DNA of 64,000 nt from Patescibacteria group bacterium (GCA_038065315.1 JBBTRF010000002.1:12021-76020); one strand, 5' to 3'; shown: positions 9,696 to 20,372, numbered from the stretch's first letter. The notes: generated by a model not told the origin, from the sequence alone. Translations and numbers: made by a program.

Positions 9696-10922
9696 ATGAA
9701 GCGAATCCTCATTTTTTCCCTTGTCTACTATCCGCGCTTCATTGGAGGGGCTGAGATTGCGATCAAGGAAATCACCGACCGAATTTTGCCTTCGGACATT
9801 GAATTCGATATGGTGACATTGCGGCTTGACAGGCGCCTCCCGAAATACGAGAAAATTGGCAATGTGAACGTGCACCGAGTTGGTTTTGCGGGAGATTGTG
9901 TCGACTCAGCGGATTCATTGAAGTTTCCGTTGAAATTGAACAAGTACTTGTTGCCATTTATTGGAGCGTGGAAGGCGCGACAATTGCATCGAGAGAAAGC
10001 ATACGATGCGACGTGGGCGATGATGGCCAACTATGCCGGCTTTGCAGGACTCTTCTTCAAGTGGTTGCGGCCGGAGGTGCCTTTTTTGCTCACCTTGCAA
10101 GAAGGCGATCCAATTCCGTATATTAAAAAGCGAGTGGGGTTGCTGTACCCAATCTTCCGACAGATCTTTGTGCGAGCCGATCAGGTGCAGGCGATTTCGC
10201 AATACCTTGCTGACTTTGCAACAGAGATGGGACACACGGGAAAAGTGGCAGTGGTGCCGAATGGTGTGGATGTGGAGCACTTTGCACATCGCGTGCCAGA
10301 CATTGAACTGACCGCGTTGAAGGACGCGCTGGGAAAGAAATATACCGATGAATTTTTGGTGACGACGTCACGACTGGTGGTGAAGAATGCGGTCGGGGAT
10401 ATTATTCGCGCGCTCGCGCTGTTGCCAGAACAGGTGAAATTACTCATTCTCGGTGTTGGCTATTTGGAAAATCAATTGCGTCAGCTCGCGCGCGAGCTCA
10501 AAGTCGCCGACCGCGTGCAATTTCTCGGCCACGTGTCGCACGTAGACATGCCAAAGTATCTTCACATCTCCGATGTCTTCGTGCGACCAGCGCTTTCCGA
10601 AGGGTTTGGTAATTCCTTCATTGAGGCTATGGCGGCTGGTATTCCGGTGATTGCCACGCCAGTGGGCGGCATCGTTGATTTCCTCACCTCTCCTGAACAG
10701 ACGGCGAAGATGGAAGCCGAGCGTGGCAAGTATGCAGCGAAGCCCGCAACCGGACTTTTCTGTCAGGTGGAGGATCCAAAGAGTATCGCTGTACAGGTGA
10801 AACGATTGGACGATCGACAGCTCCGTGATGTCTTGGTGCACAATGCCAAGGCGATGGTGGCCGAGAAGTATGATTGGTCGCTGGTCGCTCGCAACATGAA
10901 AGATTGGTTGGGCAAGGTATAA
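9696..10922 (+). CDS. glycosyltransferase family 4 (GT-B, RfaB-like)
   Basis: 408 aa; EGFGNSFIEAMAAGIPVIATPVGG E-X7-E motif. Confidence 0.8.
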   Translation: MKRILIFSLVYYPRFIGGAEIAIKEITDRILPSDIEFDMVTLRLDRRLPKYEKIGNVNVHRVGFAGDCVDSADSLKFPLKLNKYLLPFIGAWKARQLHREKAYDATWAMMANYAGFAGLFFKWLRPEVPFLLTLQEGDPIPYIKKRVGLLYPIFRQIFVRADQVQAISQYLADFATEMGHTGKVAVVPNGVDVEHFAHRVPDIELTALKDALGKKYTDEFLVTTSRLVVKNAVGDIIRALALLPEQVKLLILGVGYLENQLRQLARELKVADRVQFLGHVSHVDMPKYLHISDVFVRPALSEGFGNSFIEAMAAGIPVIATPVGGIVDFLTSPEQTAKMEAERGKYAAKPATGLFCQVEDPKSIAVQVKRLDDRQLRDVLVHNAKAMVAEKYDWSLVARNMKDWLGKV

Positions 10923-10923
10923 T

Positions 10924-12222
10924 ATGTCCATGAAGCGTTCCCAGCTCCCCGCGGTAGTGATGGTCTCGACCGATCTCTCTATTCTCAAAGAAGGGAGCCC
11001 GGCGCATCGCCGCATGCGTGAGTACGGTAATTTGTTTGCCGAATTGCACATTGTGCTGTTTACCCGACGTTTTGGAAAACGTGCGTCGAGAATGGGCGGG
11101 TCGAATGTGTCACGTGGCGTTCTTGTGCCCGCGACGATTCAGATCGGTCAGAATGTCTTGGTGCACAGCACACAATCGTGGAGTCGCTGGTGTTTTGTGC
11201 GGGATGGCGTGCGCGTGGGTCGCGCGGTGCTCGCGCGCCTGCTCAAGCGCACGCCGTCGAATCAGATCGTCATCTCCACACAGGATCCATTCGAGACCGG
11301 CTTGGTGGGGAAGCGACTCGCGGATAAGTTTGCCTTGGCGTTGCAGGTGCAGGTGCATACCGATTTTATGTCTCCGTATTTTTGTTGGCCAACATTCTCT
11401 TTCGTCGGCTTGTTGAATCGAATGCGTCGTCGCATTGCGCGCGCCGTGCTGGCGCGCGCTTCTTCGGTGCGAGTGGTTTCGGAGCGCATTAGAAAATCGC
11501 TCATGGGTTCTCATGTTTGGCACCCAGATCACATTCAAGTCTTGCCGATCTACGTCGACCCATTTGCCTGGGCGCTTTCGCAAGATGTACACGCTCGAGT
11601 GGGTGGCGAAAGGGAGGCAGATTGGGTACAGTTGCCGCATTGGGAAACGACAGGTTTGATGGCCTGCCGGCTCACCAAAGAGAAGCAGGTGGACCTCGCT
11701 TTACGGGCCTTTGCCAAGGCGGTCCGGGTGGCACCGAAAACAGGTCTTATTATCGCCGGGGAAGGCCCAGAAAGGCCCCACCTTGAGCGTTTGGCCCGTA
11801 AACTAGGAATTGAGCACCAGGTGCTTTTTGTAGGCTGGCAGAGGCGTTTATTGCCCTTCTTCCATTCGGCCGATTTTCTGCTTTCCACTTCGCTTTTCGA
11901 GGGGTATGGGATGACGATGGTGGAGGCGATGCTCGCCGGTATGCCGGTGATTTCCAGCGACACAGGTATTGCCGGCAGTCTGCTGATTGATGGTCGAAAT
12001 GGGTACGTGTTTCCATTGGGCGCAGGGAATGCGAAAGAAGCCGAAAATCAGCTCTTCACCAAAATGACCAAGCTCATCATGCATCCGGAATTGCGCGAAC
12101 AGTTTGGCGAGGCTGCTGCGCGCGATGCGCGCAAGCATGCCTACCCGAGCCACGGGGCGTATCTGAAGGCGTACCAAGAAGGCGTGCTGTCCGCGTTGAG
12201 TTCACGGGTTTCACGCGGCTAA
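10924..12222 (+). CDS. glycosyltransferase family 4
   Basis: 432 aa; EGYGMTMVEAMLAGMPVISSDTGI motif; start 1 nt after preceding stop. Confidence 0.75.
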   Translation: MSMKRSQLPAVVMVSTDLSILKEGSPAHRRMREYGNLFAELHIVLFTRRFGKRASRMGGSNVSRGVLVPATIQIGQNVLVHSTQSWSRWCFVRDGVRVGRAVLARLLKRTPSNQIVISTQDPFETGLVGKRLADKFALALQVQVHTDFMSPYFCWPTFSFVGLLNRMRRRIARAVLARASSVRVVSERIRKSLMGSHVWHPDHIQVLPIYVDPFAWALSQDVHARVGGEREADWVQLPHWETTGLMACRLTKEKQVDLALRAFAKAVRVAPKTGLIIAGEGPERPHLERLARKLGIEHQVLFVGWQRRLLPFFHSADFLLSTSLFEGYGMTMVEAMLAGMPVISSDTGIAGSLLIDGRNGYVFPLGAGNAKEAENQLFTKMTKLIMHPELREQFGEAAARDARKHAYPSHGAYLKAYQEGVLSALSSRVSRG

Positions 12223-12232
12223 TTTTTCTATC

Positions 12233-12658
12233 ATGCCTCCAACTCAACTTCCACTTCTTGAACGCTGTATGTTGGTTGTACGATATGGCATCGCCGGGGG
12301 CACTGCCGCGGCCATTGATGTCGGTTTTCTGTATGCACTGACGCATTACGCCGGTTGGTATTATCTATATGCCGCAGCATTCGCCTACACATGCTCTTTT
12401 TTTGCTCGGTTCTTCCTCCAAAAACATTTTGCATTCCGCGCCGCCGACACGAAGACAGTCGCTTTCGAATTTGGTAGCTACGCCGTTCTTTCCGGCTGGA
12501 GTGTGGTGGCGAGTTTCGGTCTCCTGAAGCTCTTTGTTGACGGCTTCGGTTGGTGGCCGGTATACTCGCAGGTCGCAGTGACGCTCCTCATTGCGGTGGT
12601 GAGCTTTTTTGTGTATCGTTTCGTTATCTTCAAGGCCAAGGGGGCGCCAAACGAATGA
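12233..12658 (+). CDS. GtrA-family small membrane protein (glycan flippase/translocase accessory)
   Basis: 141 aa, 4 TM, GtrA-like N-terminal pattern VRYGIAGGTAAAIDVGFLY; stop overlaps next ATG (ATGA). Confidence 0.6.
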   Translation: MPPTQLPLLERCMLVVRYGIAGGTAAAIDVGFLYALTHYAGWYYLYAAAFAYTCSFFARFFLQKHFAFRAADTKTVAFEFGSYAVLSGWSVVASFGLLKLFVDGFGWWPVYSQVAVTLLIAVVSFFVYRFVIFKAKGAPNE

Positions 12659-13701
12659 AACTCCTCATCATCACCCAAAAAGTCGATCAGAATGACCCGG
12701 TGCTTGGATTCATGCATGGTTGGCTACATGCCTTCGCCGAGCGATCGGAGAAGTTGACCGTGATCTGTCTCCAAAAAGGCGAGCATGCCTTACCGCCCAA
12801 TGTGCGAGTGCTGTCGCTTGGCAAAGAAAGTGGTGTGCCGCGCTGCGGGTATATTGCGAATTTTTTCCGCTATGCGTGGCAGTATCGTGCCGACCACGAT
12901 GCTGTGTTTGTTCATATGAATCAGGAATATTTGCTTCTCGGCGGCTGGCTCTGGAAATTGCTCGGCAAGAAATGCTTTATGTGGCGCAATCATCATTCGG
13001 GTGATTGGCGAACCCATCTGGCGGCGATGTTCTGTGGCGCAGTGTTTTGCACTTCGAAATATTCGTACACTGCGCGTTTCAAGAAGACCAAGCTGATGCC
13101 GGTGGGGATTGATACGGAAATTTTTAGGCCGACCTCATCGATTTCGTCCGGTGCGTCCTCGATGGTCAATCGAAACGTTCTTTTTCTTGCGCGCATGGCT
13201 CCGGTGAAGAAGCCGCACGTGCTCATTGAGGCTGTTTCGATGTTGGCAAAAAGAGGCGTGGCCGTGAAACTTGATTTGTATGGTGACCCGTTGCCGGCCG
13301 ATGTAGGATATTATGAAGGCTTGAAAGATATGGTGAAGCGCGAAGGGTTGGATGAGCAGGTGAAGTTTTTTGCAGGTATTCCAAATATGCAGACGGTCGC
13401 GGTGTATCAGTCGCATGACGTGTGCGTGAATTTGAGTTCGAGCGGGATGTACGACAAGACGATTTTTGAGGCGATGGCTTGTGGCAGCTTGGTGTTGGTA
13501 TCAAATCGCAACCTGGAAGGTGTGATTGATTCACGTTGTATATTCAAAGAAGGTGATGTTGCGGACTTGGCGGCAAAGCTATCTGCGTTGCTCAGTCTCA
13601 GTATTTCCGAACGGTCGAATATCATTGCGCGATTGAGGACTGTCGCGGAAGAAAACAATCTGAAGACCTTGGTGGGAAGGCTAATTACCGCGATGTCATG
13701 A
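12655..13701 (+). CDS. glycosyltransferase family 4
   Basis: MKLLIITQKVD N-terminus at 12655 (ORF opens at 12550); C-terminal FEAMACGSLVLVS GT-B motif. Confidence 0.7.
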   Translation: MKLLIITQKVDQNDPVLGFMHGWLHAFAERSEKLTVICLQKGEHALPPNVRVLSLGKESGVPRCGYIANFFRYAWQYRADHDAVFVHMNQEYLLLGGWLWKLLGKKCFMWRNHHSGDWRTHLAAMFCGAVFCTSKYSYTARFKKTKLMPVGIDTEIFRPTSSISSGASSMVNRNVLFLARMAPVKKPHVLIEAVSMLAKRGVAVKLDLYGDPLPADVGYYEGLKDMVKREGLDEQVKFFAGIPNMQTVAVYQSHDVCVNLSSSGMYDKTIFEAMACGSLVLVSNRNLEGVIDSRCIFKEGDVADLAAKLSALLSLSISERSNIIARLRTVAEENNLKTLVGRLITAMS

Positions 13702-14354
13702 TTGCCCCTTCTCACATTTCTCTGTTTTGGTATTTATTGAAGTCTGTGTCGAAAGGACAGAGCGTGTTGCGTGCGTTGATGAACCGGTCTCTGTCTGATG
13801 AGATAATCCGCAGGAAAGTGGTAGACGTTGGTGGTGGGCGACATCCGGATTATTTTTCTTTTTTGAAAAAAGAAGGAGATGTTTCAATTGAGGCGCTCGA
13901 TGCTTCGATCAGCAAGATTGATTTTGAAAAAGATGTGTTGCCGTACCCTACGGCTTCTGTGGATACGGTGATCTGTTGCAACGTTTTGGAGCACATCTAC
14001 CACTACATTTTTTTGACAGGAGAAATGCATCGGGTGTTGAAGCCGGGGGGCTCGTTGATAGGCTTCGTGCCTTTTTTGATAAACTATCATCCCGATCCGC
14101 ATGATTATTTTCGATACACCAAGGAATCGCTCGTGCGTATTTTTGGGGAGGCCGGTTTTTCCAAGGTGGCCGTGCGGGAGGTGGGTGCTGGACCGATCTT
14201 GCTGAATTTCAACAATATTGTGTTGTCGTTGCCGATTTTCTTGCGACCGCTTTTGCTGCCGTTCTATTATTGGGCCGATGTCATAGTCCTGGCGCTGCGG
14301 CCGGGTTTGCGTACACGCTATCCGATGGGGTATATTTTCGTTGCACATGCGTAA
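13698..14354 (+). CDS. class I SAM-dependent methyltransferase (Methyltransf_11-like)
   Basis: VVDVGGG motif I, ICCNVLEHI, VLKPGGSLIG post-II; ATGA overlap with upstream GT. Confidence 0.7.
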   Translation: MIAPSHISLFWYLLKSVSKGQSVLRALMNRSLSDEIIRRKVVDVGGGRHPDYFSFLKKEGDVSIEALDASISKIDFEKDVLPYPTASVDTVICCNVLEHIYHYIFLTGEMHRVLKPGGSLIGFVPFLINYHPDPHDYFRYTKESLVRIFGEAGFSKVAVREVGAGPILLNFNNIVLSLPIFLRPLLLPFYYWADVIVLALRPGLRTRYPMGYIFVAHA

Positions 14355-15558
14355 TCTTTTTCTCATTTTTCATGGGAGGTTTCCGAGCGAGAAGGCCGCG
14401 GCTTTGTTTGCCGCGAAGAGCGCCGAGGCGTTTGCTGGCCAGGGACTCGAGACCACCATCGTGGCGCCTCGACGCCTCGGCCGCTCGAAGCAGTCGGCCT
14501 CGGCCTTTTACGGCGTTCGTGCCACCTTCGGGGTCGAGTATCTACCCGTCATCGATCTATTTTGGTTGCCATTCGTAAACCGCTTTTCGACCACACGAAA
14601 AATAGCCTTCTTTGTCAGCTTCGCCAGCTTCAGCCTCTCGTGCACCTACTTTTTTGCCATCCGACTTGCCAAAAGAGCGACGCGTTCCGAGACCATACTC
14701 TTCTCAAATGAATGGCTGCCACTTTTGGCACTGTCCTTCCTCTCAAAAAACACATTCTACGAGATGCATGATTTTCCAGAGAGTGGCCATGCTTTCTTTG
14801 TCCGCTTTCTGTGCCGGATGCGCTGGGTATTGATCCATAATCGCTGGAAGTCCGAAAAAGCACAGAGCCTTTTCGGAATCGACTCGGAGAAAATCCTATG
14901 TCGGGCAAATGCCGTCGACATCACACAATTTGCGATACCGCTTTCGAAGGTCGAGGCTCGCAAGCAGCTGACTCAGGCACATCCATGGATCGCCGCTCTC
15001 GCACCAGATACAAAGCTGGTGATGTACACAGGACATCTCTATGGCTGGAAGGGAGTCGACACTCTCGCTGCTGCGAGCGCTCTGCTATCTCCTAATACAA
15101 AGACGATCTTTGTCGGCGGAACACCGGCTGATGTTGCATCTTTCAAACTTCGACACGCCGAAGTAATCTCGAACGGCAAGGTGGTGGTGATCGGTCACCG
15201 ACCTCACACCGAGATCCCTGTGTGGCAGAAGGCTGCCGATGTCCTGGTGCTCCCAAATACCGCGAAGGAAGATATCTCTAAATACTACACCTCGCCAATG
15301 AAGCTGTTTGAGTACATGGCGAGCAATCGGCCGATTGTTGCTTCGGATATTCCGTCTATCCGCGAGATTGCCGACGATCACTCAGTCCTTTTTGTACCCG
15401 CCGACGACGCAGAGGCACTCGCGAAAGGCATTTCCAGGATGATCGACGAACCAGCGCTTTCCAATAGTCTCGCAAGGGCCGCATTTGAGCAGGTGAAGGC
15501 AAATACATGGCAGGCCCGCGCCGCGGAGATTTGCGCTTTTGTCCATCGGCAGAAATAG
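14341..15558 (+). CDS. glycosyltransferase (GT4-like, GT-B fold)
   Basis: 405 aa; C-terminal KLFEYMASNRPIVASDIPSIREI donor-binding motif. Confidence 0.55.
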   Translation: MHMRNLFLIFHGRFPSEKAAALFAAKSAEAFAGQGLETTIVAPRRLGRSKQSASAFYGVRATFGVEYLPVIDLFWLPFVNRFSTTRKIAFFVSFASFSLSCTYFFAIRLAKRATRSETILFSNEWLPLLALSFLSKNTFYEMHDFPESGHAFFVRFLCRMRWVLIHNRWKSEKAQSLFGIDSEKILCRANAVDITQFAIPLSKVEARKQLTQAHPWIAALAPDTKLVMYTGHLYGWKGVDTLAAASALLSPNTKTIFVGGTPADVASFKLRHAEVISNGKVVVIGHRPHTEIPVWQKAADVLVLPNTAKEDISKYYTSPMKLFEYMASNRPIVASDIPSIREIADDHSVLFVPADDAEALAKGISRMIDEPALSNSLARAAFEQVKANTWQARAAEICAFVHRQK

Positions 15559-15582
15559 CGGAATAGCACAGGATACATTCAC

Positions 15583-17004
15583 ATGAAACTCACGCTAAAG
15601 AATTTTTTCAAAACATATCGCTGGGAGACCATCATTTTTGGTGTCGCTCTCGCGTTACGTCTCGTGCTATTTTTTGTGAACTTACAACACAATCAATACG
15701 CCTTGATCCCGACGATCCACGCCGACGATGGTTGGTATGAATTGAGTCAAAGTGCTTTGCGACAACACGGATTTCTTGGGGAAGTGGACCCGCCTTTCCG
15801 TGCCAACCCGCTACGACCACCGCTGTGGCCGTACCTCATCGCGCTCTTCGCCTTCGTATTCCAGAGTTACTGGGCAGTGGTTTTCATTGAGTTGATCGCC
15901 AGTGCTTGTATCCCGGTGTTCGGCTACCGACTCTGTCGGCAGGTCTTTTTGGGCAGTTTTTTGGCTGACGCCGATCGTGTCGCGAAATGGGTAAGCGTAG
16001 CGATGGTCGTTTCGCCATACCCCGTACTTCTTTCGTTTCTTTTGTATTCGGAAACGTGCTTCACTTTCTTCCTTCTTCTCGGACTTATTTTCTTGTTCCG
16101 ATTTTTCAAGGAGCAGAGTTGGCGTATGCTCGTCTGGTCGGCAGTGTTCCTCGGCTTGGCGACCTTGGTGAAGCCGACCATTCAGTATGTGCCGATCCTC
16201 GTGCCGCTTTTCATGCTCTGGTATTTTTGGCAGACGATGACGAAAAAGATAATTTGGCAGATGCTCGCCTTCGTCCTTGTCTTCATGGCAATCTTGATGC
16301 CATGGCTGGTACGAAACCGGGTTGAATTCGGCGTTTGGGGGATGAGTGCTCAGCCGGCATTCAACCTCGCGGTGTATCTGGCCCCGACTGTTCTGTCGAT
16401 CGACAACCGCACGAATTTTCAGACTGAGCTCGATGCTATTAGAAAGCGACCAGGGTTTGATGAAAACGGTATCACTTTGGTGACCAGCAAAACGTACGCC
16501 TCTGAAGCTCTTGCGACCATCTTCCAACATAAAACCGCCCTTGTACAATCTGTGGCGAACACGACCATCACCTTTTTCACCCACGACGGCATGCTCACTA
16601 TTTTGCAATATTCTGGAATTGTCGTGCCCAACATTCTCACCAAGCCTGCCTTGTGGCTGCTACTGCATGAGCCGCTGACCTTGCTGAAGGCAATCAGCCA
16701 CTACGCATTCTCTCCGGCGATCCTCATTCTCATCTTCCGCATTCTTTGGATAGTGATCACGGTATTCTTTCTCCGGGGCGCATATTCCGCGCTTGCACAA
16801 AAAGACAAAAACGGGAACCGCTCAGTCGCAGACAAAAAGCTCCTCGTACTTGCACTTTGTATCGTCCTGTACTTCATGGCCACCACCTCGATCAACGGAC
16901 TCGGCGTGAATGCCCGTTTTCGCGTACCGGTGGAGGTGTTCATCTTCATGTTCTCGTTCTATGGACTTTTTGAGGCAAGGCGTACTATACTGTCGAAACT
17001 ATGA
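15583..17004 (+). CDS. GT-C fold membrane glycosyltransferase (ArnT/PMT, GT39/GT83-like)
   Basis: 473 aa, about 11-13 TM helices, DDGWY-like extracytoplasmic loop motif near N-terminus. Confidence 0.55.
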   Translation: MKLTLKNFFKTYRWETIIFGVALALRLVLFFVNLQHNQYALIPTIHADDGWYELSQSALRQHGFLGEVDPPFRANPLRPPLWPYLIALFAFVFQSYWAVVFIELIASACIPVFGYRLCRQVFLGSFLADADRVAKWVSVAMVVSPYPVLLSFLLYSETCFTFFLLLGLIFLFRFFKEQSWRMLVWSAVFLGLATLVKPTIQYVPILVPLFMLWYFWQTMTKKIIWQMLAFVLVFMAILMPWLVRNRVEFGVWGMSAQPAFNLAVYLAPTVLSIDNRTNFQTELDAIRKRPGFDENGITLVTSKTYASEALATIFQHKTALVQSVANTTITFFTHDGMLTILQYSGIVVPNILTKPALWLLLHEPLTLLKAISHYAFSPAILILIFRILWIVITVFFLRGAYSALAQKDKNGNRSVADKKLLVLALCIVLYFMATTSINGLGVNARFRVPVEVFIFMFSFYGLFEARRTILSKL

Positions 17005-18668
17005 AATTGTCGATCATCATCCCGTGCTTCAATGAGAAGGCCACGATTCGTGAGATTCTGAAGCGAGTACAGAGTGTGCCGCTCGTGGGCTGGGAGAAGG
17101 AGGTCATTGTCGTCGACGATGCTTCGACCGACGGAACTGTCGATATTTTGAAGGATCTGTTGGCTAAAAAGGGCGAAACGCAGCCTGGTCTGAAGGTCTG
17201 TTTCCAATCAAAGAATGGCGGGAAAGGCAGTGCGGTGAAGCGCGGCATCGCCGAAGCGACCGGCGACTACCTGCTCATCCAAGATGCTGATCTCGAATAC
17301 AATCCGGCTGAGATTCCGAGCTTGCTCAAACTCATTGGCACCAAACTGCCTGATGGACGGATCGTGGATACAGTGTATGGGTCGCGTAACCTTTTTCACG
17401 TAGCACGCAAAGGCTTTTTGATCCCCCGCGCTGGTGTGTGGCTGATCACTAAATTAGTTGACCTCATGTACGGACAAAAGCTCACCGATGTCTGGACGTG
17501 CTACAAGCTCTTTCCAAAAGCGGCGGGGAAGTATTTTGTGGCCGGCGGCTTTGAATCGGAAATTGTCTTCACACTCGCAGCGATTCGCAAAGGATACGTG
17601 ATCGCCGAAGGGCCGATTTCCCACGCACCACGCGATGTGGAGCACGGCAAGAAGATCCGCTACCGAGATGGGGTTCACGCGATCATTGCCATTTTTTCTG
17701 ACCGACTGCTGCATCTCAGAAAGCCGGCTCATGAGAATGTGAAAAATATGGAGACGTACCAGGCGGCTCTGCGTGCACCGCACACATTGCAATCCCTTGC
17801 TTCGGAGGTTCTTGCGGCTACGGCTATTCAGGGTGAGCAAAAAGGTTTGCGCGCTGTCGACGGTACGTTTTTTCGTATCGATGAAGCCGGTCGGCCGCAT
17901 TTGATCGAGAAGGCAGTCTTTGAATTGAACGAAGACGAGCATGTCTCCGGGATCAACTGGCTGAAATCGTTTCTGAAACAGTTTCCGAAATTGTACTACG
18001 CTGTGTGGCAGGTGGTGTGTCCAGTGATGATGCTGAAAAATGGACCGTCCATCCTCTGGAAACATGTTGAGAAGATGAATGGTGGGAAGCCGTTGGTGAT
18101 CGATGTTGGATCCGGTCCGGAGCGTCTCGGCAAGGATCTGGTGAATCTCGACGTCTTTCCATTTCCTGAAGTGGATATTGTGTCTGACGCGACAGCTCTG
18201 CCTTTTGCGACTGGTTCTGTGGATGGGGCAGTGAGTGAGTCAGTGTTCGAACATGTGCCACGAGCTGATTTGGTGGCGAAAGAGATGGTGCGCGTGCTCA
18301 AGCCGGGCGGCTATTTCTATGTGAGTGCGCCGTTTATCCACCCATATCATGCTTCGCCGGACGACTTCAATCGCTGGACGGTGAGCGGTCTGAAATTCCT
18401 CTTTACCGATCCCGAGCGTATGGCTGGCATGGAGGTGGAGATTGTGGAAACCGGCGTGCGATCCGGCCCATGGAGCGCCCTTCTGCTGTTTTTGGCATAT
18501 TGGCTTGGAGTCCTATTCTCCTTCGGCTACAAGCCAATTGCACCACTTTTAGCCCATATCTTCATGATCCCGCTCGGTCTCCTGAAATATCTCGACTACT
18601 TCTTCATGGTGTGGCCAGGCGCCGATGCAGTGGCGACTCATTTGTATGTGATCGGGCGGAAGCGCTAG
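17001..18668 (+). CDS. bifunctional glycosyltransferase family 2 (DPM1-like) / SAM-dependent methyltransferase fusion
   Basis: N-term MKLSIIIPCFNE...VIVVDDASTDGT...LIQDADLEY (GT2); C-term VIDVGSGPER...VLKPGGYFYVSAPF (Methyltransf_11). Confidence 0.75.
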   Translation: MKLSIIIPCFNEKATIREILKRVQSVPLVGWEKEVIVVDDASTDGTVDILKDLLAKKGETQPGLKVCFQSKNGGKGSAVKRGIAEATGDYLLIQDADLEYNPAEIPSLLKLIGTKLPDGRIVDTVYGSRNLFHVARKGFLIPRAGVWLITKLVDLMYGQKLTDVWTCYKLFPKAAGKYFVAGGFESEIVFTLAAIRKGYVIAEGPISHAPRDVEHGKKIRYRDGVHAIIAIFSDRLLHLRKPAHENVKNMETYQAALRAPHTLQSLASEVLAATAIQGEQKGLRAVDGTFFRIDEAGRPHLIEKAVFELNEDEHVSGINWLKSFLKQFPKLYYAVWQVVCPVMMLKNGPSILWKHVEKMNGGKPLVIDVGSGPERLGKDLVNLDVFPFPEVDIVSDATALPFATGSVDGAVSESVFEHVPRADLVAKEMVRVLKPGGYFYVSAPFIHPYHASPDDFNRWTVSGLKFLFTDPERMAGMEVEIVETGVRSGPWSALLLFLAYWLGVLFSFGYKPIAPLLAHIFMIPLGLLKYLDYFFMVWPGADAVATHLYVIGRKR

Positions 18669-19588
18669 TAGTGGACCCAGGTGCAATATTTGTTGGGGAA
18701 GAAAGTGTTTTTTCCGGCATAGTATCCCCAATCGACTGGTTCGTTGGTCATCACGATGTGCGGAATGTTGCCGTAGTATGCCGCAAAGTCTCCGAAGGTG
18801 CTGTTGGAGCCAATCACGACATCGGCCTGGGCGAGCATGAAAAGATCCTCGACTGGTCCGTTTTTTGAGACGACAATGTTGAGACCGGCGAATACTGATT
18901 CATCGATCGGGCCGTCGGAGGCGATGACGAAACAGCTGTCTTTCGCGGCAGTACCGGCGTGCTGTAGGTATTCATTCAAGATTTCCCGTACTCGTTTCTG
19001 CTCGATGAAGTATGCGCCGTTCCGCCAAGTGCGATAGTCGCCTTGGCGGACATGTACCCCGACAATATTCTGATATCTTTGTCTGATTGGTGTCAGAAGA
19101 TCGTTCGCCGTTTTTTGGATTGAGGGCTTTGGCGCAAAATACGCTCGAATCTCATTTCGATATTTTTCCAAACCGACTGGGTTGCGGAAGAGCCAGCCGT
19201 CGAGGTATGAGCAATGTCCCGGCAAGGCCTCTTTCGATGTGGTCGGTGCAAGATAGAAGGGGATGTTGTCTGGATGCTCGTATGAAAAGATACGTTGCTT
19301 TTTGGTTAGAAACATTACGCGAGCATACCAAGAGTACGCTTTGCGCCAAAGTCGGCGACGGAAGGCGGTCTTGCGGCCGCGGTAGTCTTCAAAAGGGAGA
19401 AAAAAAGCCACTTTAAAAAGCCAATTGGGCGCCGCAGACATTTCAAAGCTACTGCCATATTCAAAAAAAGATGGGTTTTTGAGGTCGAGTCCGCGCTCCA
19501 GGCAGTATGCGTAGATGCTGGCGTAATTCCAGAGCTGGTTGGCGAGCTCGTTGCCGCCGGCCCCTATAATTGAGATTTTTTTAGACAT
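18665..19588 (-). CDS. glycosyltransferase family 11 (alpha-1,2-fucosyltransferase-like)
   Basis: HVRQGDY GT11 motif I; likely start MSKKISIIGAG at 19588 (ORF extends to 19885 with non-homologous N-extension); stop overlaps convergent GT2-MT stop (CTAG). Confidence 0.55.
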   Translation of the reverse strand: MSKKISIIGAGGNELANQLWNYASIYAYCLERGLDLKNPSFFEYGSSFEMSAAPNWLFKVAFFLPFEDYRGRKTAFRRRLWRKAYSWYARVMFLTKKQRIFSYEHPDNIPFYLAPTTSKEALPGHCSYLDGWLFRNPVGLEKYRNEIRAYFAPKPSIQKTANDLLTPIRQRYQNIVGVHVRQGDYRTWRNGAYFIEQKRVREILNEYLQHAGTAAKDSCFVIASDGPIDESVFAGLNIVVSKNGPVEDLFMLAQADVVIGSNSTFGDFAAYYGNIPHIVMTNEPVDWGYYAGKNTFFPNKYCTWVHY

Positions 19589-20372
19589 GTTTCGGACTCT
19601 TTTTGAAATGATAGAGACCGGTGCCAAAACCACGGGCTCGGTCGTACGTCTCATACATAGAGTCGCCGTAAATATATTTTTCTTCGACGACGACAAGGCC
19701 GGCAGCGAGTTCGAGCAGGTATTCGCGAGTGAAGGCCCGATGTGCGTTGAAATACACCTTGCTTTCACTGTCCACTGGCACGGTAAGGTACAGTGAGCCG
19801 CCTGGAGCGAGTACGCGAACCAGTTCTTTGAGTGCTTTTTCTGAACCGAGGGTATCGAGGGGATCTCCGTAGCGGCCGAGGCCAATATGTTCGATCACGC
19901 AAATAGAGCTGAGCGATGCAATCTCGCCGTCTTTGAAGGGGAGCTCAAGAATACTTCCTTTGACAAAAAAGAGTCCCGAAAGGGAAAGGGGAATTGGTCT
20001 AATGTCTACCATTGTTGTCGGCGTGAATTGTGAGATGATGCCGACCATGCTTGCTTGAGAACCAATGTCGTAGTGGTGGGACGGTTTCTGCTCAAAGATT
20101 TTTTTCGCACACCAGCAGCCTTGGAAAAAGTACACCGGGTCGAGGTGGTGGTTTGTCGTATTGTCGTAGATGCGAGGGTAGATGTCTTCGGTTTTCTGAA
20201 TGAACCGAGGGTTGATCGGGAGTTTTTGGAATGCTCGATACTCAGAAAGAAAACGGGACAATAATCTGAGTTTTGTGGCAAAAGAATACTTATTTTTTAG
20301 CGCGCGCAGGCAAACTACAGTCACCTTAAGCGGCGCCACTTTCTTGAGCGATTGTCGGAGGTTAAATGACAT
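19581..20372 (-). CDS. methyltransferase-fold protein (DUF268-like class I MTase)
   Basis: 263 aa; ICVIEHIGLGRYGDPLD and LAPGGSLYLTVP motifs; overlaps downstream gene by 8 nt. Confidence 0.4.
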   Translation of the reverse strand: MSFNLRQSLKKVAPLKVTVVCLRALKNKYSFATKLRLLSRFLSEYRAFQKLPINPRFIQKTEDIYPRIYDNTTNHHLDPVYFFQGCWCAKKIFEQKPSHHYDIGSQASMVGIISQFTPTTMVDIRPIPLSLSGLFFVKGSILELPFKDGEIASLSSICVIEHIGLGRYGDPLDTLGSEKALKELVRVLAPGGSLYLTVPVDSESKVYFNAHRAFTREYLLELAAGLVVVEEKYIYGDSMYETYDRARGFGTGLYHFKKSPKHV

